DNA of 64,000 bases from Planctomycetota bacterium. Lineage in GTDB: Bacteria; Planctomycetota; PLA2; JAEUHO01. The stretch lies in the NCBI GenBank assembly GCA_965223505.1, contig CBDCWP010000030.1, positions 1 to 64,000 on the forward strand, given 5' to 3'. The notes under the pieces are model-generated. The model saw only the letters and a program-made list of their open reading frames with translations, was not told the DNA's origin and did no database searches. A program made the position numbers and the translations under genes. Numbering within the stretch: position 1 is the first letter of the stretch; every line of letters begins with the position of its first letter. This document shows, piece after piece, positions 19,043 through 28,778 of this stretch.

Positions 19043-22000
19043 GCGGCACCTCCTTCGGGCGCCGGCGTCGCGTCGGGCGGCAGTCCGCCGTCGGGCGGCG
19101 TGTCCTGTGCGTCCGGTGTGCTGGGAGGCGCAGCGTCCTTCGCGGCGGCGCGCGCGGCGCGCTGCGCGGTGCGGCGCTTGTGCCACCAGAGCGCGGCATG
19201 AATCACCGCCGCGAGGATGACCGCATAGAGCATGGTGCTCAGCACCTGCGCCGTGCCGGGGCCGGCGGGAATCAGCAGCGCCAACAGCACCAACACGATC
19301 GCGATGAACGCGTAGCCCGGCGTGAAGCCGAACTTGGCGCCGGACTTCGCCAGCAGCCACGCGCCGACGAACGCGATGATGCACCACATGAACTTCCAGA
19401 ACGCGAAGAACGTCGGCGACGCGCCGGTGATCTCGACCGTGCCGGTCCCTACGCGACCGTGGAACAGGAACTCGCGCCCGTCGTGACGCGTCTGGAACGG
19501 GCTCTGGTAGCCGTGCATGAGCCGGTTCAAGTCCGTGCGCTTCCCGGCAGGCCGGGTCGCGAACGCGCCGGACATCGTCGCGAGCAGGTCGCCCGCCCAC
19601 GAGCGCGGCGCGTCGATGCGCGCGACGCTGCCGGCGAACGACGTGTACTCGCGGTCGATCGGCACGAAGACGCGCCAGGTGAGGATGTCGGACTTCGCGG
19701 CCATCGGCTCGGGGGACGCGATGGTCAGCGTCTCGAACATCGCGCCGCTGCGCTCGACCTCGTGGTCGAAGACCAGCTCGACGAGGAACGCCTCGTCCTT
19801 CCCGCGCCCGGTGTCGAGCCGGATCAGCACCGTGCCGTTCTCGCCCCGGCGCGGCGTCTCCGCCGTTCCGGCCACGCGTACGGCCCGCAGCTTGGCGTCG
19901 CGCGGTAGCGAGAGCTCCAGGAACTGCACGTTGTTGTTGCGCACGGTGAGGTAGGCGTCGGTGGTGGCGCGGCCCTCGATCGGCACCACGGTGTCGAGGT
20001 GCATGTGCGAGACGACGAGCGCGGCGACCTCCTCGTAGTCGTGCTTGGTCACGCGCACGCCGAGGCGGTACTCGGGGTCGTAGGAGCGGAACGCGAGGAA
20101 CGTCTGCGGGTCGCGCAGGTGCGCCGGCAGCTCGCGCGCGTCGATCTCCTCGATCTTGTCGACGACGTCGGGGTCGGGATCGACCCGCAGCAGCGCCTCG
20201 CGCTGGATCGCCGCGAAGAAGACGGTGTTCGGCAGCGGCTCGGAGCCGACGTCGAGCGGTACGAACGACGGCAGCGCGACGGCGCGCGTCGCGCCGCTCT
20301 CGAGCGTGTCTTCCGGCAGGTCGTCGATCACCAGCGGGACGACGATCGTCCCCGTGCGCGGCGCCGGCAGCTTGACCGTCCAGATGCCGCGCGGCGTCCA
20401 GTCGTCGGGCGCGCCCTCGGGGCGGTCCTCTTCGACGGGATCGAGCAGCTGCATGCCGGTCGTGCCGAGATGCACGCGCTCACCGAGCGAGAGCGGCGCC
20501 GCGAACCGGAACGTGTCGACGCCGCGGAACGAGACGGTGTAGGTGATCGTCGCGCCGAGCTTCGTGCGGTCGGGCTCGAGCCGCGCGGTCGTCGCAACCG
20601 AGGCGGTGATCGTCGGGTCCTTGCGCTCGAGGCCGAGCGTGAGCGCGAGCGCGCCTTCGCGATGCTCGAACCGATAGACGAGCGGCAGCGGCCCTTCGCC
20701 CGTCGGCTGCAGCGGGGGCGGCTCGACGGCCGCCGCGGCGGCGCTGTCCAACGGCGTCAGCCCTTCCTTCTTGATCTCGCGCCGGTCGAGCGAGGACTCG
20801 ATGTGCACGGCGACGTAGCCGCGCACGTGCGTCGCGCCGCGCAGCACGGGCAGCGGAATCTCCTGGTCGAGCCCCTTGCCCTCTTCTTCCGGAACGGCGA
20901 TTCGCATGCGGCCGTCGATCGTGATCGTCGTGGCGCCGAGCAGCCGGTCGCGGAACGTGACGCGCAGCGTGCCGTCGACCTGCGCGTAGTCGTCGAGATC
21001 GACACCGTGCACCTTTAGATTGGTGATCTCGAGCCCGGCGGGCAGATCGAAGTCGACGCCGAAGATGCCGGCCCGTTCGACGCGCACGTTGGCGATCGTT
21101 CGCACTTCCAGCGACTCGGGACGAATGCCGACCCGGTTGCCGACCTGCGCGGTGATGCGCGGCTCGAGCGCGTCGACCTGCATGGTCATCTCGCCCGGTC
21201 GCGCGGGGAAGCGGTACGAGAACGCGCGGCCCGCAAGCTTGGCTTGCAGGTCCTTGGGCATTTCCTGCATGTCCACCTGGATGAGACCGGGCGTCGCGCG
21301 CGGCTCGACCTTCACCCCTTCGGCGGCCTGTACGCGCAGGAACCCGCTCTCGCGCTCCATGCCGTCGAGCGCCGCCAGGGGCGCGGTGATCGTGACCGGC
21401 GTCGGCGGCAGCGGCCGCTCCAGACCGATCTCGACCGTGTACTTCTCCTTCGCGGCCTCGCGCAGCTCGACCGTGATCTTGTCGTTGGCGGGGCTGCGCA
21501 CCCACGTGCGAATGCCGTCGCCCTGCACGTAGAGCACCACCGCGTCGTCGGGGACGACGACGTCGAACGTCGCAAGCGGCGCGCGGAGAATCGACAGGTC
21601 GGCGCGGAACGTGGTCCGCACGACGCCGCGGTCCACGCGCACCATGACGCGCTCGCTCGCGAAGACGAGGGGATCGATGGTGGGTCCGTCGTCGGGCTTG
21701 CGCCGCCACTCGAGCTTGACGTTGCTCACCGGACCGAGAAATGCGAGCAGCTCCGTCTTGCCGGTCGCGGTCACGCGTGTCGAAGACGCAAGGCGCGGCG
21801 TGATGGACACCTCGGTGTCGCCGCCGGGCACCTCGACCGAGAGGCGCGCGAGCGGCACGGGCGGCAAGGAGAACTCGGCCGCGTGCGTGTCGCCCTTCGC
21901 GGGCGCGCCGGCGCGCAGCACGAGGTCGACCGTGCGTCGCCCGGGATTCTCGAGCAGGAGGTCGTAGCCCTCTTTCGTGGGCACGAGCAACGCGGGCTCG

Positions 22001-22503
22001 CCGTCGATGGTCGCGGCTTCGACGCCGATGCCCCGGAAGTTCAGCGGGACGCGCTGCCACCCCTTGGCCAGCACCTCGACGTCGACCTCGGCCTCGAATC
22101 GAATCATCTCGCCCGTCGCGACGCCGGTGTACTTCGCCGAGCGCACCGCGGCGGCGACCGGCGGCGTGCTGTTGTCGGGCACGACGCGGTACGCGCGGTC
22201 CCAGAGCTTGCGGAACTGGTCGTACGGCAGGAAGACGCCCTCGCCTTCCTTCTCGAAGACGTCCTTGAGGTCCTTGAAGGGCACGTAGAGCTTGTGGACC
22301 TTCGGCTTGCCGTCGCCCTCGGTTCCGGACTCGCCTTCGTCGCCCTCGTCCCCCTTGGGCTCTTCCGGCGCCGGCGCGGGCTCGTCGCCCTTTTCGTCTT
22401 CGTCGGCGAACGCGCTTGGAGCGAAGCCTGTCGTCGAGGAGATCGCGAATGCCGACAGACACAGCAGGGCGGCCACGACGCCGCACCAGTACGAGGTACG
22501 CAT
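19039..22503 (-). CDS. Large membrane-anchored hypothetical protein, 1154 aa, homologous to both modules of the downstream gene
   Basis: ATG 22503 after GGAG; signal peptide ..PSAFA-DE; three C-terminal TM helices; shared motifs YVP..GVFLPY and N...QFL...LP. Confidence 0.85.
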   Translation of the reverse strand: MRTSYWCGVVAALLCLSAFAISSTTGFAPSAFADEDEKGDEPAPAPEEPKGDEGDEGESGTEGDGKPKVHKLYVPFKDLKDVFEKEGEGVFLPYDQFRKLWDRAYRVVPDNSTPPVAAAVRSAKYTGVATGEMIRFEAEVDVEVLAKGWQRVPLNFRGIGVEAATIDGEPALLVPTKEGYDLLLENPGRRTVDLVLRAGAPAKGDTHAAEFSLPPVPLARLSVEVPGGDTEVSITPRLASSTRVTATGKTELLAFLGPVSNVKLEWRRKPDDGPTIDPLVFASERVMVRVDRGVVRTTFRADLSILRAPLATFDVVVPDDAVVLYVQGDGIRTWVRSPANDKITVELREAAKEKYTVEIGLERPLPPTPVTITAPLAALDGMERESGFLRVQAAEGVKVEPRATPGLIQVDMQEMPKDLQAKLAGRAFSYRFPARPGEMTMQVDALEPRITAQVGNRVGIRPESLEVRTIANVRVERAGIFGVDFDLPAGLEITNLKVHGVDLDDYAQVDGTLRVTFRDRLLGATTITIDGRMRIAVPEEEGKGLDQEIPLPVLRGATHVRGYVAVHIESSLDRREIKKEGLTPLDSAAAAAVEPPPLQPTGEGPLPLVYRFEHREGALALTLGLERKDPTITASVATTARLEPDRTKLGATITYTVSFRGVDTFRFAAPLSLGERVHLGTTGMQLLDPVEEDRPEGAPDDWTPRGIWTVKLPAPRTGTIVVPLVIDDLPEDTLESGATRAVALPSFVPLDVGSEPLPNTVFFAAIQREALLRVDPDPDVVDKIEEIDARELPAHLRDPQTFLAFRSYDPEYRLGVRVTKHDYEEVAALVVSHMHLDTVVPIEGRATTDAYLTVRNNNVQFLELSLPRDAKLRAVRVAGTAETPRRGENGTVLIRLDTGRGKDEAFLVELVFDHEVERSGAMFETLTIASPEPMAAKSDILTWRVFVPIDREYTSFAGSVARIDAPRSWAGDLLATMSGAFATRPAGKRTDLNRLMHGYQSPFQTRHDGREFLFHGRVGTGTVEITGASPTFFAFWKFMWCIIAFVGAWLLAKSGAKFGFTPGYAFIAIVLVLLALLIPAGPGTAQVLSTMLYAVILAAVIHAALWWHKRRTAQRAARAAAKDAAPPSTPDAQDTPPDGGLPPDATPAPEGGAA

Positions 22504-22581
22504 GAGATGCACTCCCGGGGGACCTACAATCAGACCCAACCAGTCCGAAGAGGTTCAACGGTGAGAGTAGGAGTGTGCTGC

Positions 22582-23673
22582 GTGGCAAATCGCAAAAGCT
22601 GTGCAAAGGGGACCGGCGGACGCCGGTTTGCTCGGATCTGCACGCTTTTGCTCCCGCTTTGCGTCGGCGTTCTCGGCGGCGGCTTCCACGACGTCGAAGC
22701 GGGTCCGCGAGAAGCGCGCGAGGCGATCATCAGCGCGCTCGAGCACCTCACCACCGAGGCCCGCAAGCGCCGAGATCGCCTCGCGGCGCAGTGCCTCGCG
22801 GAGATCAACTCGCTCGTCTCGGGAACGCCGCACGCGGACCTCGACGCGATCCGGCGCGAGCTGCGTAGCGGGTTCGACCCCGAGCGAGCGGACTCGCGGT
22901 GGCTCGATCCGGGTCTGAAGCCCGTGGTGGAGAACGCGCGCGTGCTCGCGGCCGGCGAGAGCGCGATGGACCGCTCCGACGGCGGCATGGCCGTGTCCAT
23001 CGCCGAGACGCTGTCGGCCGTGCGGCGTCTGAACCAGGTTCGCTCGGCGTGCGGATTGAAGCCCGTACGCTTCGACGCGAAGCGTTCCGCCAAACGCGTG
23101 CTGCAAGCGCGCCGCCGGGATCCCGCGTGCCGCAAGGCGAGGCTCGATCGACACGTCGCGCTCCTGCTGCGAGACGTCTCGGCGCGCGCGGCGCTGCTCG
23201 ATCCCGACGACAAGGGCGTCGCGATGGGCGTGTGGGAGCACGAGGACGACGTCGTGAGCTGCATCGCCATGAGCGGCAACAAGGTCGTGATTCCGGCCGA
23301 GCCGCGTACCGTGCTCTTCCCCTGGCGCGGCGCGACGAACGTGCCGCGCACGTGTCCCGCGGACGACGCGCTCAAGCAGGCGCTCGCGCCCGACGCCACG
23401 GCGGCGGGCCCCTGGATCACGTTGCTGTCGTATCGCGCCGGCGAGAAGCTCGCGGTCACCAGCGCGGTGCTGCGGATCCCGCCCGGTGAGGTCGTGCCGG
23501 TGCGGCACTTCGTCGAGAGCGCGGCCGGTCATGGCCTGCCGCGCACGACGGACGCCGTTCTGCTGCTCCCGCTTGCGAAGCTCGAACCCGGCGTCGAGTA
23601 CGAGGTCGTGATCGAGGGCGCGTCGGGCGCGGCGCCGTTCGCGACCACGTGGACGTTCACGACCGGCCCGTGA
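22582..23673 (+). CDS. Hypothetical protein with a degenerate CAP/SCP-like domain and C-terminal beta-sandwich
   Basis: AGGAG then GTG 22582; hydrophobic N-terminal segment; LNQVRSACGLKPVRFD, ALLDP...VAMG, FPWRGATNVP, TWTFTT. Confidence 0.6.
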   Translation: MANRKSCAKGTGGRRFARICTLLLPLCVGVLGGGFHDVEAGPREAREAIISALEHLTTEARKRRDRLAAQCLAEINSLVSGTPHADLDAIRRELRSGFDPERADSRWLDPGLKPVVENARVLAAGESAMDRSDGGMAVSIAETLSAVRRLNQVRSACGLKPVRFDAKRSAKRVLQARRRDPACRKARLDRHVALLLRDVSARAALLDPDDKGVAMGVWEHEDDVVSCIAMSGNKVVIPAEPRTVLFPWRGATNVPRTCPADDALKQALAPDATAAGPWITLLSYRAGEKLAVTSAVLRIPPGEVVPVRHFVESAAGHGLPRTTDAVLLLPLAKLEPGVEYEVVIEGASGAAPFATTWTFTTGP

Positions 23674-23707
23674 CCCCGCTCCCGCGTCCGTTGGTACGGT
23701 GATCGAC

Positions 23708-25645
23708 ATGGGAAGGCGTTGGTCGATCATCGGGCTCGGGGTCCTGCTCGCGCTGGGCCTGTGGGCCTACGTTGCGTGGGACGCGTCGACGAGGGGCTAC
23801 GAAAGCGCGGGCGACGAAGCGGCGGACGAGAGGACGGCCGGCCCTCAGCTTGCCGCGAACGCACGACGCAAGCCCGACGACGACGCGCCGACGGCCCAAA
23901 CGTTCGAGGACACGCCGGTAACCGTGACGCACGACACCGGGGAACGGTTCGGCATCGTGTTCACCGCGACCCGGAAGAAGCAGCGGCACCCGGTCGAGGA
24001 GATGTTCTCGAGCGTTCTCGAGCTCGACCCGCCGCCGCAGGAGGGCTACCCGGTTCGCGTGTACTGGCACGCGCCGGAACCGATCGGGGGCCAGGTGTTG
24101 GAGGGTGTGACGGGCGAGGACGGGACGTGCCGGCTCGCGCCGGTCACCTTCCCGAAGGTTCCGTATCACTTGAGCGGCGCAGTGCGGCTCGCGGTCGAAG
24201 GCGGCGGCGGCGCGTGGTCCGAGATCACGATGTTCCTCGATCCTGCGAGGGTCGTGCGCACGGCCGGCGCCGCCGAAGGCGACCCGCCGACGCGCTGGTT
24301 CCCGATCGGCTGGTCCGACTGGAAGGGCGCCCCGGTGTCCGGACGTGTCGTCGACACGAACGGCGAGCCGGTGCGCGGCTTGCGGGTCGGCGAGAGCCGT
24401 TTCGGGAGCACGGGGACGACGGACGCCGACGGGCGCTTCTCCATGCGCTGTCCCACGGGCGAGGTGACGCTCATGGGCGACGCCAGTGAGTCGTACTTCT
24501 ACTTCCACGGCAGGCCCGCCGAAGACGTCGCGTTCCCGCCGGCGACGCTGGGGACGATCTTCGTACCCGAGGACGGCGTGGAGAACCTCCGCCTGGAGCT
24601 GCCGGAGCGCACGCGCGTCCGCGGGCACGTACGGCTCGCCGACGGCGCGCCGGCGTTTCAAACCAATGTCTCGCTTCGCGCGCCGGATGGAAGGACCACA
24701 CGGACGACGACGGACGACCAAGGACGGTTTCACTTCATCGGACTGAAGCCCGCGCTTCGATACGACGTACTCATCGACGCTCTCGCGGAAGCGAAGGCCA
24801 TGGTGTCCGCCGGGGACGAGGACGTGGAAATCGTGCTCGACCGGCACGTGCTGCACGTCGTGCTGATCGACGCGGCGTCCGAACGCGAAGTCCCCGGCGA
24901 GGTGCGCATCTTCGACGGCAACCGCACGCCCGGAACGAAACTGCAGGTCGTGGGGTGGGCGCGCGGATACGGCGTCGTCGAGCGCCCCTACGTGATGAAG
25001 AAGGAGCCTTTGCTGCAGACGCTGCGACTGACGCTACCCCGCACGGCCCCCGACGGCCTCGTGCGCGTGCGCTGTATCGGCGCCGACGGCGCACCGGTGG
25101 CGCGGCCGCCGCTCGAGGTGATCGTCCCGAAGACGGACTTCGTGCTGCAGCCGCGCTGGCACGCCGAGGACGGCTGGTACGTGACACGCGACCTCGGCCC
25201 CGGCAACGTGACGATCCGGACCGGCGGATCGGACCCGTACGAGCAGATCGTCCTCGGTGCGCCCGGAACGGGGAATGCACGCTTCGTGCTCCACACGGCC
25301 AAGACGGTGACCCTCCCGACGAGCGGCGGACTGGACGTCGAGCTTCGGCCCGACACCGGCGGGGCGATCGGGTTCCGCATCTCGACGCGTGGCAGACGCA
25401 GCTACCTCCGGACGTACCCGGAGCTGACCAACGAAGCCGGCGAGAAGGTCGACTATCAGAACTACCGCTACAGCGGCGGTCGTTGGTTTCCCCACAACCA
25501 CTTCCATGGCGCGAGCGAGACGAGCGCCGTCCCCGCCGGCGTCTACCGGCTACAGCTCACGTTCGAAGGCGAGCAGGTCGATCGCGTCATCCGCATCGAC
25601 AAAGGAAGGGTGACGCCGGTCGAGCTGGACCTGGACGCCGACTGA
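23708..25645 (+). CDS. Membrane-anchored carboxypeptidase-regulatory-like (beta-sandwich repeat) protein
   Basis: N-terminal TM; repeats VSGRVVDTNGEPV..TTDADGRF, VRGHVRLADGAP..TTDDQGRFHF. Confidence 0.8.
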   Translation: MGRRWSIIGLGVLLALGLWAYVAWDASTRGYESAGDEAADERTAGPQLAANARRKPDDDAPTAQTFEDTPVTVTHDTGERFGIVFTATRKKQRHPVEEMFSSVLELDPPPQEGYPVRVYWHAPEPIGGQVLEGVTGEDGTCRLAPVTFPKVPYHLSGAVRLAVEGGGGAWSEITMFLDPARVVRTAGAAEGDPPTRWFPIGWSDWKGAPVSGRVVDTNGEPVRGLRVGESRFGSTGTTDADGRFSMRCPTGEVTLMGDASESYFYFHGRPAEDVAFPPATLGTIFVPEDGVENLRLELPERTRVRGHVRLADGAPAFQTNVSLRAPDGRTTRTTTDDQGRFHFIGLKPALRYDVLIDALAEAKAMVSAGDEDVEIVLDRHVLHVVLIDAASEREVPGEVRIFDGNRTPGTKLQVVGWARGYGVVERPYVMKKEPLLQTLRLTLPRTAPDGLVRVRCIGADGAPVARPPLEVIVPKTDFVLQPRWHAEDGWYVTRDLGPGNVTIRTGGSDPYEQIVLGAPGTGNARFVLHTAKTVTLPTSGGLDVELRPDTGGAIGFRISTRGRRSYLRTYPELTNEAGEKVDYQNYRYSGGRWFPHNHFHGASETSAVPAGVYRLQLTFEGEQVDRVIRIDKGRVTPVELDLDAD

Positions 25646-27753
25646 TGCGCGCGCGCACGCTCGCCCTCGTCCCGCTCCTGGCCGTCGGCGCGCTGTTGTG
25701 GCTCTGGCAACCGTGGGTGAGCGAGGTCGAAGGCGAGAACTCGAACGTCGGGGACGTCGAGGAAGAACGCCGCGCGCAGCTGGCCGGCGCGGGATCGAAG
25801 CACGACGGCGAGGACGGCGATGCGGCGTCCGTAGTGAGCGACGATGGCGAGGAAGCGCGAACGCTGCCGCTGCAGGTCCCCTACCAGGGGCGCATCGGCC
25901 TCACTTGCAAAGCCGTCTACCAGGACCGCGACGATGTCGAGCGGCCCGCGTCGGCGGTCGAGTTCCGGGTCGGGCTCTGGTTTCCGAACGAGGAAAAGGA
26001 GACTCTCCACGCGGCGACGACCGACGAGAAGGGCATTGCGCGGATCGGCCCCTTCGACCTGCCGCGGCTACCGCGCCACGCCGCGTCCGAGACGTTTCTG
26101 ATCTGCTGGGCGGGAGGCGGCGCCTGGTCCGAAACGGAGCTCTGGCTCGACGAGGAGTGGCTCAACGAGGACGTACTGAAGAAGGGCTCGGAGGACCTCG
26201 ATGTCGCGCCGGCCGTCTTCGACGACAACGGCGTCGCGTGGCTGCCGGTTCACACCTGGCACACGCGGCGCGTACTCGTGACGGGGCGCGTCGTTACCGA
26301 ACAAGGCGAGCCGTACCCTTTTCCCACGATCGACGTACTCGGACACGGCGATCTGGAAGGCGATGTGGACGCCTGGCAAGCGGACGGGTCGTTCACAGTC
26401 GCGCTGAGCGGCAGCGGCGAGGTGACGCTGCGCGTTCGCCACGGGGGGCTCGACCGCCGGTTCTTCGACCGGACGATCTACGTCCCCGAGACGGGGCTCG
26501 ACGACGTGGAGATCGAGGTGCCGGCACCGCTCTCGATCGAAGGCACCGTGGCGTTGCCGGACGGCACCCCGTTGATCGAAACCGCCCTCATCCTGACGCG
26601 CGCGCAGGACGACCTGCTGGAGCTCGCCCCGAAGGTCCAAACGAACAAGCTCGACGAAAACGAGACGTGGGTGCGCGCGCTGTCGAGGGGCGGCACGTTC
26701 AGCTTTCGCGGATTGAAGACCGGTTCCGGCTACGCGATCTGGTGGTTCGACGATGCGGGGACGCCGCACCGGCTTCCGCAGGAGTATCACGCCGGAGACC
26801 GTGACGTTCGCATCGTCATCGACCGTCACCGCTTCACCGTGCATCTGATCGATGCCCGCACCGGAGCGCGGATTCAAGGAGAGGAGCTCTACGTAAGGCC
26901 CGCCGACGGCGCCGACCTTCGCGGCGCGTTGGGAAACGCGGCGCACCTGCGCATGGAGGGGTACGACGACTCGTACTGGATCGCGAACCCGGGGACGAAG
27001 TTCCGCATCACGGCTTTCGCGCGCGGCTATGTGCCGGTGGACGTGACGCACACGATCCGCAAGGCGTCCGGCACCGAGGTCGTGCATGTCCCGATGGAAC
27101 CCACGACCGGACGTACGGTGCTGCGCGTTCAGGTGCTCGACCCCGCGGGCCGCGAGCTGCCCGACGTGACGCCCGACATTTCGGAACGGATCGGCGACGT
27201 CGTGCGCGAAGCCATCGTCCAGCTCGCGCGAAACGACGGTGCGTGGGAGACACGCGAGCTCGCGCCCGGAACGGTGGTCATCGAACCATACGGCGACTTC
27301 GGAAACCCGTCCTCGCCGCGAGCGCGTTTCGCGCTGCGCACGAGCGTCGAGGTCGAGCTGCCGAAACGCGGAACGAAGGAGGTTGCGCTACAGCTGCGCG
27401 AGGGCGGCGCGATTCGTCTCAATCTGGGCTTCCCGAGCGGCAACCTTCCGGCGAACCGGTTTCGGTTCCTGCTCGTCGGCGCCGATGACGAGGTCACGTT
27501 CGTTCGCTTCATGCAACACCATGCGTCGAACGACCACTGGACCGTCACGAACCGCGCCGGGACCGACCTGGAGTCCCACGCCGTCGAGCCCGGCCGCTAT
27601 ACGTTCCGCGTCGTGGGCGACACGGTGCCGGCATGGACGGGCGGGGAGTTCACGCCGAAGCCGTCACCGTGGCAGACCCTCGAGACACCGGTGACGATCG
27701 TCGCGGGCAAGGTCACGACCGTCGATCTGACGCTGGTCCGCCGGAACGATTAG
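25645..27753 (+). CDS. Paralogous carboxypeptidase-regulatory-like repeat protein
   Basis: TGATG overlap; N-terminal TM; VTGRVVTEQGEP, IEGTVALPDGTP; shares GGGAWSE motif with the upstream gene. Confidence 0.8.
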   Translation: MRARTLALVPLLAVGALLWLWQPWVSEVEGENSNVGDVEEERRAQLAGAGSKHDGEDGDAASVVSDDGEEARTLPLQVPYQGRIGLTCKAVYQDRDDVERPASAVEFRVGLWFPNEEKETLHAATTDEKGIARIGPFDLPRLPRHAASETFLICWAGGGAWSETELWLDEEWLNEDVLKKGSEDLDVAPAVFDDNGVAWLPVHTWHTRRVLVTGRVVTEQGEPYPFPTIDVLGHGDLEGDVDAWQADGSFTVALSGSGEVTLRVRHGGLDRRFFDRTIYVPETGLDDVEIEVPAPLSIEGTVALPDGTPLIETALILTRAQDDLLELAPKVQTNKLDENETWVRALSRGGTFSFRGLKTGSGYAIWWFDDAGTPHRLPQEYHAGDRDVRIVIDRHRFTVHLIDARTGARIQGEELYVRPADGADLRGALGNAAHLRMEGYDDSYWIANPGTKFRITAFARGYVPVDVTHTIRKASGTEVVHVPMEPTTGRTVLRVQVLDPAGRELPDVTPDISERIGDVVREAIVQLARNDGAWETRELAPGTVVIEPYGDFGNPSSPRARFALRTSVEVELPKRGTKEVALQLREGGAIRLNLGFPSGNLPANRFRFLLVGADDEVTFVRFMQHHASNDHWTVTNRAGTDLESHAVEPGRYTFRVVGDTVPAWTGGEFTPKPSPWQTLETPVTIVAGKVTTVDLTLVRRND

Positions 27754-27808
27754 CACGCAGCGAGCCCGGTGCTCGTCGCGCCGAGCGTATCGCCTGCGCA
27801 GTCGGGGG

Positions 27809-28648
27809 TCAGGCGCCGTGCTTCTTCAGCAGCAGCTTGTTCTCCTCGATCCAGGCCTTGAGCTCTTCGGCCTTCTTCATCTCGACACCGGTGATCTGCT
27901 TCACGGTGTTCATCATGGCCTCGAACGCCTTCGGCCTGGCCTTCTTCGCACGTGACCCGTACTTGGCCTTCCACTTGGCCTTCGCCGCGTTGGCGTCGCG
28001 GTTGCCGGCGGCGCCGGTGTCGACCTTCACGGTCCCGCCCGACCAGCTCAGGCCGTCGGGATAGAAGTGGAACCACTCGAGGATGATCTTCAGCGAGCGG
28101 TACTCCATGTGCTCGCCGCACAGCTTGATCGTCACGATCGCGACGTCGTCGTGGTTGTGATCGATGAAGTCCTTGACCTGATCCCAGGACTTCTTGAAGG
28201 CGAGCTTGCCGACCGCCTCGATGGCGCAAACGAGCACGGCCGCCTCGAGGTCGATCTCCGCGGCTTCCTCGGGCGTGCTCGGCGTCTTGTTGCCGTAGTT
28301 CTTGAAGTTCTTCAGCCCCTGCAGGAGCGTCTTGGTCGCCGCGCTCGCCTCCGAGAGCTGGTTGCCGAGCCCCTGCGCCGCCATGGCCTTGAGCTCGACG
28401 TTCTGCTCGTTCAGGTAGATCTTGCGCAGCTGGGACTGGACCTTCTTGTGGCGGTGCATGCCGAGCCACTTGAGGATGCGAAGACGCTTGTCCATGTCGT
28501 CTTCGGCGTAGTCCTTCTTGAAGCGCGCCAGCGCCTCCTTGACCGTCTTGTCGTCGTGCGGCTTGGGCTTGTCCTTCTTCGCGATCGCGTCGGGCGCCGC
28601 GGCGAAACAGACGATCAACAACAGGGCAACGGTCACGGTCCAGCGCAT
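27809..28648 (-). CDS. Secreted HEAT-repeat-like helical protein, 279 aa
   Basis: GGAGG RBS; signal peptide ..DAIA; KAMAAQGLG and CAIEAVGKL HEAT-like pairs; VKQITG..W..W/IEEN C-terminus. Confidence 0.7.
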   Translation of the reverse strand: MRWTVTVALLLIVCFAAAPDAIAKKDKPKPHDDKTVKEALARFKKDYAEDDMDKRLRILKWLGMHRHKKVQSQLRKIYLNEQNVELKAMAAQGLGNQLSEASAATKTLLQGLKNFKNYGNKTPSTPEEAAEIDLEAAVLVCAIEAVGKLAFKKSWDQVKDFIDHNHDDVAIVTIKLCGEHMEYRSLKIILEWFHFYPDGLSWSGGTVKVDTGAAGNRDANAAKAKWKAKYGSRAKKARPKAFEAMMNTVKQITGVEMKKAEELKAWIEENKLLLKKHGA

Positions 28649-28778
28649 GCGGGCCTCCGCGTCGGGAGCTACGATGAATCCTTCAGGATAGATGCGGTCT
28701 GCACCGCTCTCAAGCCGGACCGCCCAGGGGTTGTGCCCCTGGCTGATCGCTCCGGCTTCTGCGCCGAATCGGCGGTGC

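Noticed and set aside
19043..19600. N-terminal 186 codons of the 2796-aa ORF, and similar extensions on ORFs 21244, 24955, 33813, 39914, 55865 and 56587
   Set aside because: They overlap neighbouring genes; better starts with an SD, coupling or a -10 box and a signal peptide lie downstream.
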